IMG/VR virus record: IMGVR_UViG_3300037130_000236
Direction: 5' to 3' (one strand)
Source of the DNA: a virus
DNA: 64,000 bases
The first letter of the stretch is position 1. Every line of letters starts with the position of its first letter. Below the pieces are notes generated by a model. The model did no database searches. It was not told the DNA's origin and saw only the letters and a list, made by a program, of their open reading frames with translations. Made by a program: the position numbers and the translations under genes. Shown piece by piece: positions 46,359-54,400 of the stretch.

Positions 46359-49300
46359 GTGACCCTTATGGACCCTCGTGACTTCTTCAAGAACCTGACC
46401 GGCGTTTACGGCTGGGCTGCAGAACGGCCTGGTCTGATGTTCGGCGCCGGCGCGGCCGCATTGGCTGCGCCCCTGTTCATGAAGAACGACGAACGGGGCT
46501 ACTTCAAGACATCCACCATGACGACGCCGGCGATTGTCGCCGCGGCCATGGTGGCGCCCCGCCTTATCCCTACGGCGGTCAGCGAAGGCAAGCGGCTTAT
46601 CGATGTCGTCAAGCAGGTTCCCACGGACTACGGGTTCCGCGATGGAGTTTACCAGGCCGCCACCGGAGCAGTGAACATCGCCGCGCTGCGCAGCGCCTAT
46701 GAAGAAGGCCGCATCTCGATCAATGAATACCTCGCCGGACAGAGTCGCTTCTATTCCGGCCTTCCCATTGAGGAGATCACCAGCAACCAGGTCGAGCGTG
46801 AGTTCTCCGCCTTGACCTCACATTTCAATCGCCTCTACGAAGACCCGACCAAGCATCGCCTCCTGGAGAACGCGCTCTTTCACGCCCAACTGAAGCAGTC
46901 GGGCGCTGCCGACAAGCTGGGCTGGCAGGGCCTGACGGCCGTGGCGCCAACGATGACGGCGAACGAAATGAGCGACATCATCGACGCCAACTCCAAGGAC
47001 ATCGATTGGATCAGGGAGATGAACTTCCGGCTCCGTGAGGCATCCGGAGCCAAGGTTGCCGGCGAAGGTGCTGTCGTTCCCCAGCTCAAAGATCTGACGT
47101 CCGCCAATGCCGAGTTCATGACATCTGAAAGCTATGCCGGTCGTGGGCGCGCTTTGCTTGAAGAGCAACATGCTGCCCTGGCTCAAGAGATCGATGCCCT
47201 GCTGGGAGACAAGGCCGCAGTCAAGCAGTACGGCTACCGTGCCGAGAACATCGAGGTCATCACTCTGCCGGCCGGACGGAACCGACCGATCAACGAGATC
47301 GTTGGACTGCGTATCGACGGCGACCTGACCATCCCTGTCATCGATGGCAACGGTGGCATCAGACTGGGAAGCTCCTTCGAGAACTCAGGCGTCTCCCGCT
47401 TCTTCATGCAGCACGGCGGCGATGTCAGCGCCGATGTTTACGGCGTGCGCGGCCTCCGCTATGGGAAAGACTTCGTGCGCGGCGAGCTGAGCCGGGCTCA
47501 GTTCGTTGTCGGCCGTGATCCTCTCAACGGCAACCCTTTCCAGGCCGAAGATGCCGGTGTCGCCCAGGCAACCCGCCGCCAGCAGCAGTTCTACAGCAAC
47601 CAAGGTGTCTTTGCCGATATGCCTGGGTCTTTCCCCGTGGACGGCGAGGACCGCGGTGTTTGGAGTCGGATGCGCCCGGAGCGCAAGGTTGCAGAGATCA
47701 CCCACCAGGTTGATTCCGGCGGCAAGATACGCACCACGGGCGGCACGAAGATCGACACCCTGGAACGGGAGGAAACCCGGCTCATCGAGCCCATGGGTGT
47801 TCACAACCGTGAGAAGGAAAGCCTGCGCATCAAGTCGATGAACAAGTCGATTTGGGCGGAAGTGGCCGAAGGCCATGCCGGTTTCTCCGCGACGGATTAC
47901 ACCGACCTTCCGGAGTTTGGCGTTCGTTCCCTCCAGATCACTCCCAGCCAACGCGCGCTGTTCGGCGACCTGCCTGAGTGGGAGCAGGTTGCAGGCGCTG
48001 GTTTCGATTCCAGGCTGGCACTCGAAGATTCAGCGCGGGCCCTTTCGCTCGATATGGCCCTCAGCAAGATCGGCGCGAAGCAGCGGGCGGTCGGCTATAT
48101 CGCCAAGGACGCCGGCGTCAACGAGATGATTGCGACAGACATGTGGGATAAGCTCCTGCCTTTCCTGTCCAACCGGAAGAACTACGAAGCAATGCGCAAT
48201 GTCGGCTACATCGGCGAGGGCGCGCGCATCATGAAGAAGAACGTGGGCGCCGAGGCTGTGCGCCATGTGAACTACGTCGTTCACGAGAACATGCTGTCCG
48301 AGGACCTCCTCAAGGGAGGGACGTTTGGGCGCGATCAGGTTCTCGGAATGAAGTACGGCACCTCCATGTTTGCCCAGGGCGACAGCAACCGCATCATCAA
48401 CCACTCGGTCAACGAGGCGGACGGAACGATCCTCCTCCAGGTTGAAGAGCGTCTGGTCGTCCAGGGGATGAAGACCCACAACCTGGGCAAGCAGACCGTT
48501 AGTCGCGCGCTCGAAGACGTCGAGATGGAGCGGGTGATCCGCGGCTTCAACAACTACTTCAGGGTCTCAGGACAGGGCGGCGCTGTGGCCGATGAAGTCG
48601 ACAGCGTGGTTCTGGAACAGTTCAACAGCGCCAAGGCGAACAATCCGCTGCAGGTTCTCAACGACTCCCTGGGCGATACGTTCCGCCGGCTTGACGGTAT
48701 CTACGGCGCTGGCAACACGCCTGCCTTTCTGACCGAAGCAAAGTTCTCCGGCCGCAGCCATTTGGATCGCCTGGCCGAGCTGGGCTATTCCTACGAGAAT
48801 GGTCGCCTGATCACGCACACCGGCAATCTGCGCAACCTTCAAGGGTCGGCCGCCGATTACACCCAGGCCGCCGATTACATCCGCGACCTGATGGACGAGG
48901 TCGGGGCGCGCATCAAGAGCAAGCAGATCGCTGGCGATCGGTTCATGGAAAGCTATATCGACTGGTCGTTTAAGCATGAGGACGGAACCTACCTCGAATA
49001 CCTGATGCAGCGGGCGCTGCCTGAGTCCATGAGCGTGTCGGATCACATGGCACTCAACCACGCTTCCCGTGTCGGTATCACCCGCGATGCTCTCCAGCAG
49101 ATGTCTCTGGCCGGGGAACATGAAACGGCGCGCGAGATCCTGAGCCGACTCGAAACGGATGGCTCTACAGGCATGACCTGGGATTTCATGCAACACACCG
49201 ATCCCAGTGTGCGCGACTTCTCGAAGCCGTTTGGGGACGCCAGCATCTCGATCGATGAAGCAGTGGGCGACAGCCTGATCGACAGGCTGGGCACTGCCGA

Positions 49301-51398
49301 AGGCCGCGTCACGAAAGCGACCGGGCCTGACGGCAAAGTCGGGATCAGACCGACGATCTTCGACCCAGCTCACGACCTGGCGCAGAGGAACTACTCAATC
49401 AAAGCGAGTGTCGCCGGCAAGGACTACTTCATTCCGGTCCTTGGACGCGAGGCATACGGCGGCAAGGCCAATGCTCACGACCTGATGGGCTACTCGGCGA
49501 ATAAGTGGGAGAACGAGCTGCGCAACGTGTTGCAGACCGCCAACGATGTGAACGAGGGCTTCGGCACCAAGATTCCCTTCGAGGACGTACTCGCCAACTA
49601 TGTTCAGAAGGTCCGGGAATCCTACGGCGTCGGCAAGGAAGGTGTTTGGAGAGCTCCGACGATTGATCCCTTGGGATTCGAGGGCCGGGCGACTGCGCGT
49701 GCGTCAACACTGCGCTACGCCGACGGCTCTGTCAATCCCTTCGAGATTGGTGTCGGCGAAGAGTATCTGGACCTGATGTCCAAGGAGCATGCCGAGATCC
49801 TGCGCGGCGGCGGCCGCGTGCAGGCCGTATCTGTCCGGCATCCCATCAATGCCGTGGTCATGGCCGATGTGAGATACGATCCGAATCTCAACGGCTCATG
49901 GCAGGTCGGCGCCGATCCGGTGATGCAGCGCATGATGCGCATGGACGCCGACGGCGACCGGCTGTCGTTCCACATGGCAAACACCCAGGCCGTGAAGTGG
50001 GCAGAGGACGTTGCCGATCCGGCTGCTCTCCAAGGTGAGCGCGCGGCAGAGTATGCCCGCTGGCAAAGGTTCTCAGAACAGATCAACAATCCGGAAAGCC
50101 TGCAAGGCAGGCTCGGAGCCTTCCGCCGCGTCTTTGAAGGCGACGAATTGAACCCTCGTGAATACGTGAAGGGTTCGATGACGGACGTGTTCTCCAACGT
50201 CAGGAAGTTCGCGGGAAGGGATCTCCGCAAAGCGATTCAGGCCCGTACCGCCGCGGCCGACGTGGGCATGCTGTCGAATACCTTCGACCAGCTCGAAACC
50301 TCGATGGCTCACAACGATCTTTTCCGCGATCCGTTCGAGAAGCTGATCACCCATGAGTTCTCTTACGACATCGTGCGCGAAGCATCGATCGCCGCGGCAA
50401 AGCTGAAGGGCGGCGGAGCGTACCAGGATCTGACCACCCTGATGGCATGGAACAACTCTCTTCGCTCGGCGCTCAATGACCGTAGCGAAAAGGGCATGAA
50501 CCGGTTCATCACCGCCATGACGGAGGGCGCACAGAACTTCGGCAAAGAGATCGCGGTCAACGATGCCCAGAAGGCATTCTTCAAGATTGCCGACGAGACC
50601 GCAGAGATCAATCCGTACCTTGAGTTCGCGCAGCAACGGCGCGACCTGTTGGAGAAGCTGTGGCGAGGCCACGACTCCACGGTCAGCGAGATCCAGCAGA
50701 TCATGACCGTGACTGGCGAGAATGCTGCGAAGTACGCGAGGCGCGACATCGTCACCCTGTTCAACAATCAGGTGCCTGCGGTACAGGCATTTGCCCACCG
50801 GGGCGCCAGTGACTACTCGGCTGCCACTCTGGGTGCGGAAAACGCCCGTACGGCCGCCGGGAAGTTCGCTCAGAAGACAGGCCGGGCCGCCGAGGGCGTC
50901 TTCAACCAGGCAGCTCGCTCTGTCGAAGAGGTCGTGCAGGCGGCGCGCGGGACCGGCGCAATGAAGGCACTCGGCATTGGAGCGGCCGTCGCAGTTGGAT
51001 CTGGCATCCTGTTCGGCTCCTTGCGCAGTCCTCGAAAGGGACAGGCATTGGCTCCCTCCGGGAACCGTTTCCGCCCAGAAGAGAAGATCGGCGTCGATGG
51101 TCATGTTCCAGGAGAACCTGAGACTGGGGTTATGGCGCCTGCCAACCCTCCTCGTAGAATCAGGCCCGCCCAGGGCGGTGTACGAACCGCAGTCGTCGCG
51201 CCGATCGGTCGCACGACGGAGCTTGAAGTCCACATGCGGGCGGATGATCGCGGAAGGGCTGCAGAAGCCTCGAAGATAGCGACCCGTCTGGCAGCTCCAG
51301 CAGGCAACTCCCACGTCTCGATCACCTACCGAGACACTACGCGCCTTGACAGCTTGCGGACCAAAGAACGGATCCGCGAGGCAATGGACGAGAGATAA
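46359..51398 (+). CDS. Single-chain two-barrel (DPBB) DNA-dependent RNA polymerase, putative virion RNAP / tape-associated
   Basis: Beta'-like order EGRATAR (about aa 1108), PFEIGVGEEY, VQAVSVRHP (R1160), ADPVMQRMMRMDADGDRLSFH (D1196-D1200, nt 49944-49958); weaker beta-like YIGEG (617-621), GMKTHNLGK (703-711), EVDSVVL. Confidence 0.8.
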   Translation: MTLMDPRDFFKNLTGVYGWAAERPGLMFGAGAAALAAPLFMKNDERGYFKTSTMTTPAIVAAAMVAPRLIPTAVSEGKRLIDVVKQVPTDYGFRDGVYQAATGAVNIAALRSAYEEGRISINEYLAGQSRFYSGLPIEEITSNQVEREFSALTSHFNRLYEDPTKHRLLENALFHAQLKQSGAADKLGWQGLTAVAPTMTANEMSDIIDANSKDIDWIREMNFRLREASGAKVAGEGAVVPQLKDLTSANAEFMTSESYAGRGRALLEEQHAALAQEIDALLGDKAAVKQYGYRAENIEVITLPAGRNRPINEIVGLRIDGDLTIPVIDGNGGIRLGSSFENSGVSRFFMQHGGDVSADVYGVRGLRYGKDFVRGELSRAQFVVGRDPLNGNPFQAEDAGVAQATRRQQQFYSNQGVFADMPGSFPVDGEDRGVWSRMRPERKVAEITHQVDSGGKIRTTGGTKIDTLEREETRLIEPMGVHNREKESLRIKSMNKSIWAEVAEGHAGFSATDYTDLPEFGVRSLQITPSQRALFGDLPEWEQVAGAGFDSRLALEDSARALSLDMALSKIGAKQRAVGYIAKDAGVNEMIATDMWDKLLPFLSNRKNYEAMRNVGYIGEGARIMKKNVGAEAVRHVNYVVHENMLSEDLLKGGTFGRDQVLGMKYGTSMFAQGDSNRIINHSVNEADGTILLQVEERLVVQGMKTHNLGKQTVSRALEDVEMERVIRGFNNYFRVSGQGGAVADEVDSVVLEQFNSAKANNPLQVLNDSLGDTFRRLDGIYGAGNTPAFLTEAKFSGRSHLDRLAELGYSYENGRLITHTGNLRNLQGSAADYTQAADYIRDLMDEVGARIKSKQIAGDRFMESYIDWSFKHEDGTYLEYLMQRALPESMSVSDHMALNHASRVGITRDALQQMSLAGEHETAREILSRLETDGSTGMTWDFMQHTDPSVRDFSKPFGDASISIDEAVGDSLIDRLGTAEGRVTKATGPDGKVGIRPTIFDPAHDLAQRNYSIKASVAGKDYFIPVLGREAYGGKANAHDLMGYSANKWENELRNVLQTANDVNEGFGTKIPFEDVLANYVQKVRESYGVGKEGVWRAPTIDPLGFEGRATARASTLRYADGSVNPFEIGVGEEYLDLMSKEHAEILRGGGRVQAVSVRHPINAVVMADVRYDPNLNGSWQVGADPVMQRMMRMDADGDRLSFHMANTQAVKWAEDVADPAALQGERAAEYARWQRFSEQINNPESLQGRLGAFRRVFEGDELNPREYVKGSMTDVFSNVRKFAGRDLRKAIQARTAAADVGMLSNTFDQLETSMAHNDLFRDPFEKLITHEFSYDIVREASIAAAKLKGGGAYQDLTTLMAWNNSLRSALNDRSEKGMNRFITAMTEGAQNFGKEIAVNDAQKAFFKIADETAEINPYLEFAQQRRDLLEKLWRGHDSTVSEIQQIMTVTGENAAKYARRDIVTLFNNQVPAVQAFAHRGASDYSAATLGAENARTAAGKFAQKTGRAAEGVFNQAARSVEEVVQAARGTGAMKALGIGAAVAVGSGILFGSLRSPRKGQALAPSGNRFRPEEKIGVDGHVPGEPETGVMAPANPPRRIRPAQGGVRTAVVAPIGRTTELEVHMRADDRGRAAEASKIATRLAAPAGNSHVSITYRDTTRLDSLRTKERIREAMDER

Positions 51399-51400
51399 CC

Positions 51401-54400
51401 ATGAGCGTCATCACCACCGAAAAGGATTACAGCACGAACAACCCACTCGATGCGGGCTACTTCCGCGTCGGGTTTGTCACCCTGCAGATCCCACCACAGG
51501 ACATTGTGACCTCGCGTGTTGTGAACAACGAGAAGATCACGCCTCTCCGCGGCATGAACGAGATGTTCCAGAAGACGGGGCAAGCTCGCTGGGATGTGAC
51601 CGTGAGTTGGACGGCACTGTTGAATGACGCCGATCAGGTCACCAGGTATCAGCAGTGGGAAGACCTTCGCAATATGGTCGCCATCTTCAAGGCTGCTCCT
51701 TTCGTGGAGGTGGAGTCTCCGCACCTGCGCCAGATGCTGGCTGCTCATGATCCGGAGTTCTCCACCAGACGCCTCTCGATGGGCCTCCGCCAGCTTCGCG
51801 TCGACAACCATCCAGATGTCATCGACGCACTCAAGGTCACCCTGACGATGACCTACTTCAACTGCCTGCCCTATACCCAGGACTTCGGATACCAAGGTGA
51901 TTCCGGACAGAGTGTAAGTGCTTACCAGTCACAGAAGTTCAAGAAGTACATTTCCCAGTGGCGCCAGATCAACATGGAGCGGGCATTCCGCTACCCAGGA
52001 GACCCGATCTGCCCCTTGTGGCTGGCCCAGAATCCTGGCGAACTGGCTCTCAAGTGGAGGACCTACCTTCCAATACAATCTGGGCAAGTACCGGACTACG
52101 CCGGCCAGCTCAACGCACCGGCGACCATCGGCGGAACGGTTGTTCCATCCACGGTGACGCCGAAGGCTCCGAAGGGGAAGGTTGCGCTTCCGCCTGCAAT
52201 CGCTCAGCTCATTCAGCAGATCGCACCGCAGTTTGGTCTTGACCCTGCAATAATGCAAGGAATCTGCTGGTACGAAAGCAAAGGCAATCCCAACGCCAAG
52301 AGTCCAAACTCGACTGCCACAGGTCTCTTTCAACTGCTCAATGGAACTGCAAAGGCCATGGGAGTCACAAACTCCTATGACCCGACCCAGAATACAACCG
52401 GGGCCTGCAAACTCATGTCCCAGCTGTATCGTCAGTTCGGATCGTACGAGCTTGCCATAGCTGCTTACAATGCAGGATCTGCTTACGTCAAGTGCTATCT
52501 GAACGGAACCAGTCAGACCTTGAAAAGTGGTGTAGTTATCAATCCAGGCAAGCAGATGACAGGCGGGATTCCTCCAGCAGGTGTTCCTGCAGGCGAGAAC
52601 GTGCCAAAGTACATCTCGACGGTCATGAGTATCGCTCAGTCCTCGTTTGGGTACAACGGCACCGCCACGTCCACAACCCCAACCGTAGCGCCCGGCCCTG
52701 CGCCGGCAACGAATGCAACGACACCGGCCAGCTCAGGGTCAAACCCGACAACTTCGACCAGTTCGAGCACCGAAGCTGCCTTTGAAGCACAGGTGAACAA
52801 CCTTGTGGCTCAAGGCTGGAGTGTCGATCACCGGGCCGATCCCGGTGGCGTCGGCGTTCTCTTCCTGTACAAGGAGAACGAACTTCGGGTTGCTCCTCAA
52901 GACTCCAATTCAGGAGGCGTGCAACCGGGCCTCTGGCCGGAAGGCATCTCGGTTCTCTTCGTCAACAACCTCGCGCAGATCCCGCTGGCTGGCTTCCAGT
53001 ATCCGACCTACCAGCACGTCGGGCCCTGCAGCTCTCTTGTGCAGGTGTCATTCGGTTCCCAGGGGACGCGCGACAATCCGAACACGGACGAGCCGATCCA
53101 CAACGGTCTGATGACCCTGACCTCGATGGCTCATATGCTGGAGCAGCAGTACCAGCGCCTGCGCACGCAATTCCGTTCGATCGCATCGGTTCACAGGATG
53201 CACGCGGTCTATGTCGAGAACCAGGTTCTGAATATGCTCGGTATCTTCGGGCTGATGCTCGATCAGGTGACCACCGAGACAGTGCCTGATTCCTCGGATA
53301 TGGCCATGGCCCAACTCACGGCCTGCCAGTACGAGAACAAGTTCGAAGAACTCACCTCCTACAAAGTCAACGCGATCGACGGCGTCTACATGACTGCCCT
53401 GCAACAGACGGTGTTGCAGGGAGACACGCTTGCCCAGGCGGCAACGGCGGCGTCGCCTGATGAGAGGGCACTGATGGGTGCGGCCTTCACCTATCGCCAG
53501 CACATGGCCAGCTCCGACGAGAACGACATGAGCGCCCGGCTTCTCAATGCAGCCGAAAACCCCTCTGACTCGTCGCCCTTCGGATTCATGAACGGAGCCC
53601 AGTCATTCTTTGTCAGCGAAACAGATGCGGATGCGCTGACGAACGAGTTTATGGAAAAGTCTTCCAGTTACCCGGTCGCCGCGGCGCGCGTGAAGCAGCT
53701 TCAGCAGTCGGGCAATACAACGCAGTGGACGATGGCCGATTACCTGATGTTCAAGTCCTGCGCTTATGACGCAGCGGGAACTGGCGCCATCACATCCCTC
53801 GTATCGAGCATCGATCAGGGTCTGGCGGCCGACACCGATCTGAGCCGGCAGAAGATGGTCAGCGATGTGTATTCGCGGCTCTTTCCCTACTTCGCGGAGA
53901 ACGATCCGAGCCTGCGCAACGCCCTGAACCAGATCATGCAGAGTCCAACGCTCGGCGCGAGCATCAAGAACTCCGTCTCTGCAAGCGACCCCGCCCTCTC
54001 GAATGCCGATCATGGGGCCTACCGCGACATGGGCCTGAACAGTCAGGTCCTCGATGGCGAAGACTTCAACCCCGGGATGTACTTCACCAGCGACAAGACG
54101 ACCTATCTGGCCAAGACGAGGACAGCCCTCGGGAACATCACGGCACAGATTGCCTCAGGTTCAAGTCAACTGAACAGCGACAGCAACGGATACCAGGTTC
54201 CTGCGGGAACGATTCCTCTGTCCACGACGACCTCGATTCCCGGCAACATGGACTCGATCATGAAGATGATCAATGTTCCTGGTTACAGCATGACCGAGGC
54301 ATTCCCGACCTTCAAGCTGTTCTTTATGGAGGACGCCAACAGTGGCATCTATTACGCATTCGACAACTTCTACAGCTACAGTGCGGTGATCGACATCGAG

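Noticed and set aside
46225-46362. Small hydrophobic peptide frame (...LVLVLLALIGS...) upstream of the RNAP-like gene
   Set aside because: An in-frame TAG at 46222 is followed by no plausible ATG/GTG start with an RBS ahead of the hydrophobic stretch.
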